Source: an uncultured virus (IMG/VR IMGVR_UViG_3300014204_000149) (taxonomy: Duplodnaviria; Heunggongvirae; Uroviricota; Caudoviricetes). Taken from it: a stretch of 25,345 nt of DNA. Each line of letters opens with the position of its first letter. Positions within the stretch are counted from its first letter, which is position 1. Positions 1-9,012 of this stretch are shown here, piece after piece. The position numbers were made by a program, and so were the translations under genes. The DNA lies in the IMG/VR virus record IMGVR_UViG_3300014204_000149, positions 62,001 to 87,345 of that record; one strand, 5' to 3'. A model generated the notes under the pieces. The model saw only the letters and a list, made by a program, of their open reading frames with translations. It was not told where the DNA came from and ran no database searches.

Positions 1-150
1 CCTTAATTGATTTAGGCAGAGTTTTGGTTCTTTATAGAATTTTAGAATGTGAAATTATCCCTACAGGCGCGTCTAAAACAAGTGCAATGAATCCACAATA
101 TTTACAGGGTTTTATTGATTGTAAAAAAACTATTCGGAGGTTAATTCATT

Positions 151-1008
151 ATGAAGCACGTCGGTGGAAGACCATCAAAGCAAGAAATCGTTGAACGTAG
201 AGAAAAGGTCAAAGACTTATATCTTAAAGGGAAGACTATTGGCGCTATTTCTAAAGCGTTAGAGGTCAGCTATCCAACCATTGAAGGTGACGTTCATCAT
301 ATTCAAGCCTATTATACCAAATTGGTTATTAATAATCCATACTTGGCCGAAAAACAATTCGCAAAGGTTGAACAATTATTGGATGAAGTAAACTTGATTA
401 AAAATGAATATTGGGATGTTTATAAAGAATTACAGGCCAAGGTAGAAGAGCATAAACATATCATGGCTAATTGGGAGAAATCTGTAGAACAGGCTAAAGC
501 AGCTCTTAAAGAAGCCGAGACCACGAATGACTCTATTCTTATTAGAAAGGCCCGTAAAACAGTTGATTTTATTGATAGACCCCCTAGACTCTCTAATTTA
601 ATTAATTCTCGTATTGACACGCTTAAAGCTATTCTAGACCGTGTAGACAAAGAGTCTAAATTACTCGGTTTGTTTAATCCGCAACAATTAATTGATAAAA
701 ATTATATTTCAGTAGAGGTCATGCGAAGTGTTATGGAAATTTTTAAAGGTATTATTATGGATTTAATCCCAGAGGATAAGCGAGATTATGCTTTTAGACG
801 GCTTCGAGTTGTGGATATTCAAGCATTAAAGGCCGAAGACATTGTTGAGGGGACAATTATGGAAAAGAATCCAGAGGATATTAATAAACCTATGGAAAAA
901 ATTACAGAGGAACAGGCTAAGGAGCTTAATGGGCCCTTACCTCCAAGCCCATCCGAGGAAATGCCAAAACTAGAAGAACCTATAAATTTAGATGATGTAA
1001 GTTTATAA
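151..1008 (+). CDS. Probable terminase small subunit (N-terminal HTH, coiled-coil, acidic tail)
   Basis: N-terminal 'VERREKVKDLYLKGKTIGAISKALEVSYPTIEGDVHHI' HTH typical of TerS; GGAGG SD upstream; lies immediately before the large terminase. Confidence 0.75.
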   Translation: MKHVGGRPSKQEIVERREKVKDLYLKGKTIGAISKALEVSYPTIEGDVHHIQAYYTKLVINNPYLAEKQFAKVEQLLDEVNLIKNEYWDVYKELQAKVEEHKHIMANWEKSVEQAKAALKEAETTNDSILIRKARKTVDFIDRPPRLSNLINSRIDTLKAILDRVDKESKLLGLFNPQQLIDKNYISVEVMRSVMEIFKGIIMDLIPEDKRDYAFRRLRVVDIQALKAEDIVEGTIMEKNPEDINKPMEKITEEQAKELNGPLPPSPSEEMPKLEEPINLDDVSL

Positions 1009-1022
1009 TTAGGGGATAGATA

Positions 1023-2786
1023 ATGGCTGAAGAATTAAAAGAAATTTGGAATGATTTTTGGACTGACGCAGCAGGAGTCAATAAAGTAAAGACTTCTAAA
1101 TTTGCTATTCAGCCTGTCTCTCCGTCTGTCTTTTTTAGGGATTGGTTAAATACACCATTATTTCCTAGACAACAAAAAGCAATTGATGCTGTATTCGTTA
1201 ATAATTGGCAAGACCTTAATATGACAAAAAATGAATGGGTCTTGGCTTGGGGTAAAGGGGGGGGCAAAGATTTGTCAATTGCTAATCTTCTCGCTTATAT
1301 TGCTTATTGGCTTTCCTGTTTAAATGACCCCTCAGAATATTTAGGTATAAAATCAGGCGAACCGATTGATATTGTAAATGTTTCTTTTGATGCTGCACAA
1401 GCCAAGAGTGTGTTCTTCGAAAAGTTTACTCGTAAAATCAGGGATGCTATTGACCCCGTTACAGGTTTAAACTTTTTTGAAAACCTGGGAATGGACTTAG
1501 ATAAGGCTATTTTAAAAGATGGTATTCTATTCCCTAAAAATATTCGTTGTTGGTCACTCAATTCAAAAGAATTTAAAGCAGAGGGAAAGAATGTTATCTT
1601 TGCGGTCTTTGATGAAATAGGAGCCTTCCGTTTTGATAAAGCTTTAGAAATTCATAAACATATTAAAACTTCTGCGAGAACCCGTTGTCCAAAATTGTAT
1701 AAATTGTTTTTTATCTCTTATTTAACTTCCAGTAATGATTATATGGCTTATTTGATAGATAAGGCTGAGGCCGGAGCTGAAAAAACTTATTTTGATAGAG
1801 CAGCCACCTGGGATGTTAGAAGTATTGAGGACTGTCCAGAAGAATTAAAAAAGTACACTGTTAAAAAATCTACCTATCAAGAAGAGTATGATGAAGACCC
1901 TGCTTCGGCTATGCTAATGTATGAATGTAAGATTCCTAAATTTAGGTCAAATAATTTTATTAAAAAGGCGAATAAGATAACAGACTGTATCAATATGGAG
2001 AGACCCTCACCTATTATTTTTACCCCTGAGGAAGGTTCTGAATATGATAGGGTTTGGACACGGGATATTCTTTCAGAAGAATTGGAACCTTGGTTTAAAC
2101 CTTATATGACTTATGAAACCGTACAGATGACGAAACAGTATGAACAGAATCCTTCGGAAGAACTTGAGAGAAGAATTCAAATAGAGCGAGAACGTCATGC
2201 AAATGCCCAATATTATGTTCATCTTGACCTTTCTCGTGGTGTGGTTGACTGTGCGGGTATAACATTAGGGCATACTTATAGAGTTTTAGATAAAACAAAA
2301 ATTTATATTGATTTAATGCTTCAGATACGTTCTCCCCTAGCTGATGATGAGGGCCCTAAAGAAATTGATTTAACGAGTATTCTTAATTTTGTTATTGATA
2401 TATTGTTTAAAAAACTGAAGTTTCCTATTGTTAAAATTACAGCAGACGGTTGGAACTCTAAACTATTTTTAAACATTTGTGAACAACATGGTATTGAAGC
2501 GGAGGTTATTTCCCTAGAAAAAGATACTGTTCCTTATGACACATTAAAAGACTTTCTTTATAACGAGGATATTAATTTATACTTATATCCACCAGTTGTT
2601 AGGGAACTTACAGAATTAATTCTTACTGATAAGAAAAAAATTGACCACCCTAGAAAATCTAAATGGCGTATGAGAGAAGAGGGTTTAAATCTAGGGTCAA
2701 AAGATATTGCGGATTGTTGTGCTGGAATTGCAGCAGCTATTACAGATGAGCCGGATGATGCGCCACTTGCATGTGCAGGCAAATAG
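1023..2786 (+). CDS. terL: Terminase large subunit (ATPase + RNase H-like nuclease)
   Basis: Q-motif 'LFPRQQ', Walker A 'WGKGGGKD', Walker B 'VIFAVFDE', nuclease motifs 'YYVHLDLS', 'KITADGWNS', 'KIDHP...SKDIADC'; followed by portal. Confidence 0.93.
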   Translation: MAEELKEIWNDFWTDAAGVNKVKTSKFAIQPVSPSVFFRDWLNTPLFPRQQKAIDAVFVNNWQDLNMTKNEWVLAWGKGGGKDLSIANLLAYIAYWLSCLNDPSEYLGIKSGEPIDIVNVSFDAAQAKSVFFEKFTRKIRDAIDPVTGLNFFENLGMDLDKAILKDGILFPKNIRCWSLNSKEFKAEGKNVIFAVFDEIGAFRFDKALEIHKHIKTSARTRCPKLYKLFFISYLTSSNDYMAYLIDKAEAGAEKTYFDRAATWDVRSIEDCPEELKKYTVKKSTYQEEYDEDPASAMLMYECKIPKFRSNNFIKKANKITDCINMERPSPIIFTPEEGSEYDRVWTRDILSEELEPWFKPYMTYETVQMTKQYEQNPSEELERRIQIERERHANAQYYVHLDLSRGVVDCAGITLGHTYRVLDKTKIYIDLMLQIRSPLADDEGPKEIDLTSILNFVIDILFKKLKFPIVKITADGWNSKLFLNICEQHGIEAEVISLEKDTVPYDTLKDFLYNEDINLYLYPPVVRELTELILTDKKKIDHPRKSKWRMREEGLNLGSKDIADCCAGIAAAITDEPDDAPLACAGK

Positions 2787-2862
2787 AGAGGTAAAAATGT
2801 AAATACTATTTAATTATTATTTTAACCTAAATTTTATTTGAATTAACTAAAAGGAGAGAAAA

Positions 2863-4065
2863 ATGTCTAATAGAAAACCAGAAGCAAGTAATGATACATA
2901 TAGAAAGCCTAGAGGAAGTACTAGACTTAAACCCGTAGAACAGGTTCGAGACCGTCAAAGAGCAGTTGGTTTTGGAGCTGGAGTTCCTACCTACGAGGCA
3001 AGCAGTCAATATGGTGTTGATACTTTGCGTAGTTTGCTCATATCAACTATTTGGGCAGAAACCTGTATTAATACCATCGTTGATGAGGTTATTAAATATC
3101 CCCTGTTTACAGCACCAGCGGATAAAAAAATTGAGGCTTTCTTATCATATCCTTCACAAAAAGAACCTTTATTTATGATTCGTAAAAAATATTTAAAGGA
3201 TATGCTGCGTTGGGGTAATGGAGCCTGTGTTGTTGAATTAAAGGCGGGTAAACCCAATGGTCTAGTGGTGGTTCCTGGCTATACTTTAAGAGTTACAGAT
3301 GATAACCCACCCAAGTATAGATTTTTAAAAATTAATAGTTCATCTGAGTTTCAAACAGGCGAAGATGGAAAAACTCCGCTAGAATTTTCTGACAAAGAAG
3401 TCATGCACTTTCAAATTGATGCGGACAGTGATTCTACTGTGGCACGGGGTGTACTAGAAAGAGTCTATAATGATTTAGGGGCTGAGAAAGACTCTACAGC
3501 AAAGATGTCGGAATTTTTAAAACGGGGTTTTTATAAGCCTTTCTTTTTATCTTTTGAAAAGGGTGTTTCTGTCAGTAAGGCAGAATTAAAGGAGTTCGTT
3601 GAATATCTGAATTCCCTTATTACTGATGGTGCAAAAGCCCTAGGCATTAATAAAAAGATTAGCTTTAGTGAAATTCCATTTCTGTCAGGGACGGAGATTA
3701 TAGAACTACAGCGATGGATTGGTTTAAAAATCGCATCTGTTTATAAGGTTCCACCCTTTATGCTTAACCTAGCACCAGAGGCGGGTTCATTAAATGCCCG
3801 TGAACAAAAAGCTCGATTCTTGGAAAATGTAGTTATGCCTATCCTAGAATATGAAGCTTTTATGTATACAATGGTTATTGCTCGTAAAGGTTTTAATAAT
3901 GAGAAATCTGTCATTACATCACATGTTCTCGGAACTAAATTGAATTATGACCGAGCTCGTATTTGTCGTTTATTGGCAGGTTCTTCAATGGAGATTATGA
4001 CACAGGATGAAATTAGAGCAATGTTTTTTAATCTCCCATCTTTAAACGCAAAGAAAGCTAAATAA
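2863..4065 (+). CDS. Phage portal protein (HK97-like family)
   Basis: 'DMLRWGNG', 'EVMHF', 'KIASVYKVPPFMLN', 'IMTQDEIR' motifs typical of portals; AAGGAG SD; follows terL. Confidence 0.88.
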   Translation: MSNRKPEASNDTYRKPRGSTRLKPVEQVRDRQRAVGFGAGVPTYEASSQYGVDTLRSLLISTIWAETCINTIVDEVIKYPLFTAPADKKIEAFLSYPSQKEPLFMIRKKYLKDMLRWGNGACVVELKAGKPNGLVVVPGYTLRVTDDNPPKYRFLKINSSSEFQTGEDGKTPLEFSDKEVMHFQIDADSDSTVARGVLERVYNDLGAEKDSTAKMSEFLKRGFYKPFFLSFEKGVSVSKAELKEFVEYLNSLITDGAKALGINKKISFSEIPFLSGTEIIELQRWIGLKIASVYKVPPFMLNLAPEAGSLNAREQKARFLENVVMPILEYEAFMYTMVIARKGFNNEKSVITSHVLGTKLNYDRARICRLLAGSSMEIMTQDEIRAMFFNLPSLNAKKAK

Positions 4066-4074
4066 AGGAAATAT

Positions 4075-4269
4075 ATGTCCTTAAAGATAAAGTACAATAT
4101 TAAACTCTTGCTTTCAAGGCCCTTATGGTCTTCATGGCATAGCATTACAGATGCGGATAGTATTGAGATTGCTAATGGGTTGATTATTGTAAATAAACGG
4201 CCTGAGGTACACGTATTTCCAATTTCAAATGTGTTACGCTATAAATTTTTAATAATAAGGGAGGATTAA
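4075..4269 (+). CDS. Small hypothetical beta-rich protein
   Basis: 64-aa ORF with AAGGA SD, packed between neighbours. Confidence 0.55.
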   Translation: MSLKIKYNIKLLLSRPLWSSWHSITDADSIEIANGLIIVNKRPEVHVFPISNVLRYKFLIIRED

Positions 4270-4270
4270 C

Positions 4271-4753
4271 ATGGCAGAGATTAAAGACTTGATTGTTAAG
4301 TATAATCAAGATAACACTATCGTATTGACTAAAATTCTCGAAGGTCTAAAACCTATTGAAGAAGCTACCAAAAATGCTAGAAAACTTTGTTTTTCACTTG
4401 ACCCTAACAATATGGATAAAATTAATGAATTGCAAATCCGTATGGTGGGTCATGCTTCGCAACTTGAAGAACTCTTTAGCAAAGTAAACTCATTAAAGCG
4501 CAATAAAGAATTGGCTGCTTATATGGGTTTAAAAACAAAAGCAGAAGACTCTGAAGGTGCAATAAAATTTGTAGACGGGGCAAGCAAAATGGAAGCCTCT
4601 TTTGTAGTGGCTGATGAACGAAAAGTCAGAGACCATATTGAGGGTTTACTAAAGTCTGCTAATGATATTCTTATTACATGCCGTAATCTTAATTTTGGAC
4701 GGCCTACAGGTAATAAAGAATCCTCATTAGATAACGAAACTCATGTTGATTAA
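4271..4753 (+). CDS. Hypothetical alpha-helical protein (possibly UvsY-like)
   Basis: 160-aa ORF with strong GGAGG SD and heptad-like helical pattern; function is a guess. Confidence 0.6.
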   Translation: MAEIKDLIVKYNQDNTIVLTKILEGLKPIEEATKNARKLCFSLDPNNMDKINELQIRMVGHASQLEELFSKVNSLKRNKELAAYMGLKTKAEDSEGAIKFVDGASKMEASFVVADERKVRDHIEGLLKSANDILITCRNLNFGRPTGNKESSLDNETHVD

Positions 4754-4759
4754 ACCCTT

Positions 4760-4834
4760 GGAGCCGTAGCTTAATAAGCAAAGCAACAGGCCAACAGCCT
4801 GACTAGATAGGGGTGCAAATCCTCTCGGACTCCT
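4760..4834 (+). ncRNA. tRNA-like RNA 1 (atypical anticodon arm, no encoded CCA)
   Basis: Acceptor GGAGCCG/CGGACTCC (7 bp, one bulged A), TA, D-stem GCTT/AAGC, arm CAGGC-CAACA-GCCTG, T-arm AGGGG-TGCAAAT-CCTCT. Confidence 0.75.
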
Positions 4835-4851
4835 CTGGGTTATATAATTGA

Positions 4852-4924
4852 GTGGGCTATAGCTTAACGAGAAAGCACGGCATTGAGCCGAAGTTGGTGG
4901 TTTGACTCCATCTGGCCTACACCA
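4852..4924 (+). ncRNA. tRNA-like RNA 2 (8-bp acceptor, short anticodon arm, encoded CCA)
   Basis: Acceptor GTGGGCTA/TGGCCTAC + A-CCA, TA, D-stem GCTT/AAGC, arm CGGC-ATTGA-GCCG, T-arm GGTGG-TTTGACT-CCATC. Confidence 0.8.
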
Positions 4925-4938
4925 AATAAAGGATTGAA

Positions 4939-5085
4939 ATGAATACTAAATTAATTTTACAGATTGTCGGTATTGTTATCGGTATTGCAATGATTGTTAT
5001 TTTATGGAAACAGCATCCCGTTTATATGAGTTTATTGGGTATAGGTGGGGTGATGTATGGTGTTGGTGCAAGCTTAAAAAAATAA
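4939..5085 (+). CDS. Small membrane protein (two hydrophobic segments)
   Basis: Read by hand: MNTKLILQIVGIVIGIAMIVILWKQHPVYMSLLGIGGVMYGVGASLKK; AAGGA SD; fills the gap. Confidence 0.6.
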   Translation: MNTKLILQIVGIVIGIAMIVILWKQHPVYMSLLGIGGVMYGVGASLKK

Positions 5086-5094
5086 AGGATTTTT

Positions 5095-5292
5095 ATGCCC
5101 TTCTATGATTATGAGTGCGAAAATAAAGATTGTAAACATACCTTTGAGGAATTTCAATCTATTGTCGCCTCTAAATTAAAAACATGTCCAAAGTGTAAAA
5201 AAGACACACTGGTACGCCTTATTGGTGGTGGTGTAGGTTTTATTCTTAAAGGTGATGGCTTTTTTGCCAACGATTATCCAAAGGAGAAATAA
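5095..5292 (+). CDS. FmdB-family zinc-ribbon protein
   Basis: 'MPFYDYEC..C.HTFEEFQSI......CPKC.....RLIGGG.GFILKGDGFF.NDY' matches the FmdB consensus closely. Confidence 0.9.
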   Translation: MPFYDYECENKDCKHTFEEFQSIVASKLKTCPKCKKDTLVRLIGGGVGFILKGDGFFANDYPKEK

Positions 5293-5703
5293 ATGTTGTT
5301 ACAACAAGTAAATGAGATTTGTGAGGCAGCTTTTATTAACCTGGTAAAAATGGATTCTCAGTATCATGGAAGAACTTACTGTTATTTAGCCCCTTATGAA
5401 TCCAGAACTGGTGCTCAACATATTACCCTAGTGGATAAAGCAACAGGCTTTGGTGTTGTTGTACCTTTAAAGTTATCTAATATCCCTTTTCTGGACAAGG
5501 ATATGATTCAAAAAATTATGGCTAAAGTTTTTAGTGTCTTGGTCAAAACCGCTGAGCAAAAAAAGCATGAGGGAAAACCTGTAGACTACAAGAATTTTCC
5601 TATCTCTGCCAAAGGTCATAAATGTCGGTTAGACCATATTGAATCTAATGCTAATGTTACAGTAGAAATTTACTCTTGGTCAAAATTAATTTTAAGCAAA
5701 TAA
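5293..5703 (+). CDS. Hypothetical protein
   Basis: 136-aa ORF abutting the previous stop, AAGGAG SD. Confidence 0.65.
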   Translation: MLLQQVNEICEAAFINLVKMDSQYHGRTYCYLAPYESRTGAQHITLVDKATGFGVVVPLKLSNIPFLDKDMIQKIMAKVFSVLVKTAEQKKHEGKPVDYKNFPISAKGHKCRLDHIESNANVTVEIYSWSKLILSK

Positions 5704-5712
5704 GGAGATTAA

Positions 5713-6321
5713 ATGTTCTCGTTATTTAAGTGTAAACATAAGCATGTGGTAACTAAGTTTTCTAGAGTTCCACGCTTTGATACTGAAGTTTTAATCTCAT
5801 ATTCTTATTGTGAGCGTTGTAAAAAACTTCTGACATGCAAAGTGGTTCTAGTTCCTAAAACGGCCAAAATTACACCCGTTTCTGCGCCAGTGGTACAAGA
5901 ACCCCAGGAATTGCCTCTAAAACCCCCAGCTTTAGTGGTTAAACAACCCATAGCGCCTCTAATTCAAGAAAAGGCAGTCATTATACCGCCTAAGATTGAA
6001 AAACCTCCTGTTGAGGTCAAAAATACATTAATCAAGTCTAAACGTAATGTAGGACGTAAACCTTCTGCGCCTGTCTTGCCGGAGGGTGCTAAATTGAGCA
6101 CTATTCTAAAAACTGTTTATTCTGCTGAGAGTTCAGAGTCAATAAAATTCAATCATATAGATAGCACCAAAGAAGAATTGGATGAAACCTATAAACAATT
6201 TGAAGATATTGATGACTTAGATGAGGACGAAGAAAAAATAGAAACAGTCCGAAAGGAATCCTCAGAAGAGGCAAAGCGAAGATTTCAACGAGCTAAACGT
6301 AAAGAACAACGAAAGATTTAG
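5713..6321 (+). CDS. Hypothetical protein (N-terminal C/H Zn-like motif, Pro-rich linker, acidic/basic C-terminus)
   Basis: 'LFKCKHK...YCERC' followed by low-complexity regions; AAGGAG SD. Confidence 0.7.
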   Translation: MFSLFKCKHKHVVTKFSRVPRFDTEVLISYSYCERCKKLLTCKVVLVPKTAKITPVSAPVVQEPQELPLKPPALVVKQPIAPLIQEKAVIIPPKIEKPPVEVKNTLIKSKRNVGRKPSAPVLPEGAKLSTILKTVYSAESSESIKFNHIDSTKEELDETYKQFEDIDDLDEDEEKIETVRKESSEEAKRRFQRAKRKEQRKI

Positions 6322-6326
6322 ACTAT

Positions 6327-8522
6327 ATGCGAAGAATCAAAAATTTGGATAAGGTAAAAGATTTACTTAAATCTAAACTTCCTGAATATTTAAAGGAGTT
6401 GGGTTTAAGGATTGAGGGTAATAAGGTACAGTGCCCAAGTGCAACTGCCCACCTGCATCAAGATTCTGAAAAATTGTCAGCAGCTTTTCTTCCACAGTCA
6501 CAGAATAGATTAATTTATTGTTTTGTCGAAGATAGGGTATTTGATATTTTCGATGTTTATGCTTTAAGGAATAATAAGAGCATTGTTGGCCCTGCTTTTT
6601 ATGATGTTGTTAAAATACTCGCTAAAAAATATGAAATTCCTTTTGAAGAGGAATATGAATTTTCTATTCAAGAACAAGAAAAACACAGAAAAAGAAAAGT
6701 CTTGGAAGAACTGCATACTCTTTCTAGTCAACACGCTAAAGAGGGTGTAGAACTTTATAAAAAGCGTAATATCACCAAAGAAAAACTTCTTCATTGGAAG
6801 ATTGGTTATCTGAAGCCTGAATATGTACCAGCTGCATTAGATAAAGATTTTAAAACACTATACGACTATAAACTATCCGCTGTTTTTACACATCCAGCGT
6901 TAGTTATTCCTGTATTCGATGAAGACCAACAATATATTGGACTTATTATTCGTCAGTTTGGGGCTATATCGGGTAGTGAATATCTAAATGTTTCAATGAG
7001 CGGTAAGAATCTTTTTAATGTTCATAATATTCGTGGAAGTGAGACACTGACAATCGCTGAAGGTGTGTTTGATGTAATGTCTCTTTATCCAGAGAAAAAT
7101 GTTGTAGGTTGTTTAACAAATACCATCCATGACCCAGACCTGGAAAAAATCGCTACCCTCAAGCCTAAAAAGATTCGTCTAGCACTAGACCCAGATAATT
7201 TATTTCAAGGAACGGCTCGTGATGGAATCTTAAAGTCCATTTTAAAAATGAAAAACTTGGATGCGGATATTGATGTGGTTATTATTCCCACCGACTCCGA
7301 AAAGAAACCTGACCCAGATGAGTTTATGAGAACGCATACGTTAGAGGAATTTAATAAGCTTCCCAAAATGTCTGCTATGACATATCTGTTAAAAAATTAT
7401 GAAAAAAATATTATTAAAGTAGAAATTATCTATGAATTTATTGCAGGTTGCCCTAATTTAATAAAAAGGGAGCAGTTTATTACTGAATGTGCCAGTGTTT
7501 TAAAAATAGGCAAGCGTCAATTAGCACAGTCTATTGAGGGTATGAGCGCAAATAAAGCTTCCTTTAATATGATTCAGTATGTTCAAGAAAAGGAGGGTTA
7601 TGATGAACTCCTTGAAAGCTTTACAGAATCGGCCTGGAATAAAAACTTTACAGGAGCCCCCTCAGGCTTTCCTCTATTTGATAAAAAGTTTGGAGGTTTT
7701 GAAAATACACTTTACTTATTTATAGGGTTTCCCGAAAGCGGAAAGAGTACATTTTTATTAAACTTTGTTTATCATTTAGTCCAATGTAAAAATACTTTTG
7801 TGGCTTTTTACTCATTAGATGATGGTGTTAAGCGTTCAATTCTGCCTAGACTTATGAGTATCGCATCTGGACTTACATCTAAACAGATTCAGCAACCCAC
7901 CAAAGAAACCGAAACAAAATGGTTTGAGGGTCTAAATAAAATGAAAGCCTTTAAAGAAAATCTTGTTATTAAAGATGGTTCAGAGATACGAGATTTAAAG
8001 GATATTGAAAACTATATTAAAATACATGCAGCTATGGCAGAGGAAAAAGGTAAGAGGTTTTTTCTAGTTATTGATAACTTACATGATATAGTGGCATCTA
8101 ATAAATATGAGGCCGTACAAAATTCACAAAGAATTGCTTCTTTCTTAAAGAGACTACCACAAGAAATTGGTTGTCCTATTATCGCTACGGCAGAGGTTCC
8201 AAAGTCTTCAGATGCCAAGCCTAGTGGTAAAGATATTAAAGAATCAATTGATTTATGGTATGCTGCTCGTTTTGTAGGAGGTATATTTTCTAACTTCCAT
8301 TTAGTAAAAAACAAGAATCAAACCAATTTAGTTTGGCAAGATGAGACAGGTAAACATCAGCCTATTATGGAACTTTTCGTATCTAAGAATCAAACAGGCG
8401 AAGCAGCACATGGTTCTCTTTTTTATAAGTTTAATATGACAAACAACCAACTGCTAGAATGTACAGAGAAAGAAACACAATTATTATCTGCCGGACAATA
8501 CATTAATATGATGGGAGAATAA
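6327..8522 (+). CDS. Fused DNA primase (Zn-binding + TOPRIM) / SF4 DnaB-like helicase
   Basis: 'QCP...H...IYCF' Zn-binding region; TOPRIM 'IAEGVFDVMS', 'LALDPD', 'PDPDEF'; helicase 'SGFPLFDKKFGGF', Walker A 'GFPESGKST', Walker B 'LVIDNL', 'VSKNQTG'. Confidence 0.92.
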   Translation: MRRIKNLDKVKDLLKSKLPEYLKELGLRIEGNKVQCPSATAHLHQDSEKLSAAFLPQSQNRLIYCFVEDRVFDIFDVYALRNNKSIVGPAFYDVVKILAKKYEIPFEEEYEFSIQEQEKHRKRKVLEELHTLSSQHAKEGVELYKKRNITKEKLLHWKIGYLKPEYVPAALDKDFKTLYDYKLSAVFTHPALVIPVFDEDQQYIGLIIRQFGAISGSEYLNVSMSGKNLFNVHNIRGSETLTIAEGVFDVMSLYPEKNVVGCLTNTIHDPDLEKIATLKPKKIRLALDPDNLFQGTARDGILKSILKMKNLDADIDVVIIPTDSEKKPDPDEFMRTHTLEEFNKLPKMSAMTYLLKNYEKNIIKVEIIYEFIAGCPNLIKREQFITECASVLKIGKRQLAQSIEGMSANKASFNMIQYVQEKEGYDELLESFTESAWNKNFTGAPSGFPLFDKKFGGFENTLYLFIGFPESGKSTFLLNFVYHLVQCKNTFVAFYSLDDGVKRSILPRLMSIASGLTSKQIQQPTKETETKWFEGLNKMKAFKENLVIKDGSEIRDLKDIENYIKIHAAMAEEKGKRFFLVIDNLHDIVASNKYEAVQNSQRIASFLKRLPQEIGCPIIATAEVPKSSDAKPSGKDIKESIDLWYAARFVGGIFSNFHLVKNKNQTNLVWQDETGKHQPIMELFVSKNQTGEAAHGSLFYKFNMTNNQLLECTEKETQLLSAGQYINMMGE

Positions 8523-8523
8523 C

Positions 8524-8712
8524 ATGGAAAAAAGTAAAGAATATGAGAAGATGATAAAGTCTATCGAGAATGTCTGTGTAGCACCTGTCAAAGGTGTTTT
8601 AGAGATTTGCTCTATTAAAGATTCCAATGCAAATAAAATAATGGCTATTAAATTTTATTGCGCTAAGGTCTTAACTCAGATAAATAAACATGTAGAAGAA
8701 GCCCTTAAATGA
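8524..8712 (+). CDS. Hypothetical protein
   Basis: 62-aa ORF with GGAG SD directly after the helicase. Confidence 0.6.
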   Translation: MEKSKEYEKMIKSIENVCVAPVKGVLEICSIKDSNANKIMAIKFYCAKVLTQINKHVEEALK

Positions 8713-8793
8713 TTTTAGGGTTATTATATATTTTAGTTTCAATACTTTTGATTCCTTTTTATGCTAGATTATTAAAGACAAACAAGGGGTTAA

Positions 8794-9012
8794 ATGTCAT
8801 CCAAGAAGCGGAAAAAATTCTTCGAGAAGGACGAGATAGAACAGGTTCCTGAACCTATTTTTAAAGCAGAAGACCTGGTATCTCTAGATGGAAAACCTGC
8901 CTGTGTTCTTAGGTCTAGACATCGAGAAACAGGTTATGAATATTTAATTGCTTTTAGTGATGGGTCAGGTATAAAGATTGCAACAGAAAGGGATTTAAAG
9001 GTGGCACAATGA
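8794..9012 (+). CDS. Small hypothetical protein (SH3/KOW-like beta pattern)
   Basis: 'FKAEDLVSLDGKPACVL...YEYLIAFSDG...ATERDL'; ATGA overlap with the next gene. Confidence 0.6.
   Translation: MSSKKRKKFFEKDEIEQVPEPIFKAEDLVSLDGKPACVLRSRHRETGYEYLIAFSDGSGIKIATERDLKVAQ

Noticed and set aside
4852..4924. tRNA-His (G-1:C73) or tRNA-Sec reading of the 8-bp acceptor
   Set aside because: An extra A precedes CCA, there is no GTG or TCA anticodon, and no long variable arm.
7589..7606. AAGGAGG-GTT-ATG as a T7 gp4B-like internal helicase start
   Set aside because: The ATG is out of frame with the helicase.
420..8314. Short antisense or alternate-frame ORFs inside terS, terL, portal and primase-helicase
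   Set aside because: Fully overlap well-supported genes and have no recognisable motifs.
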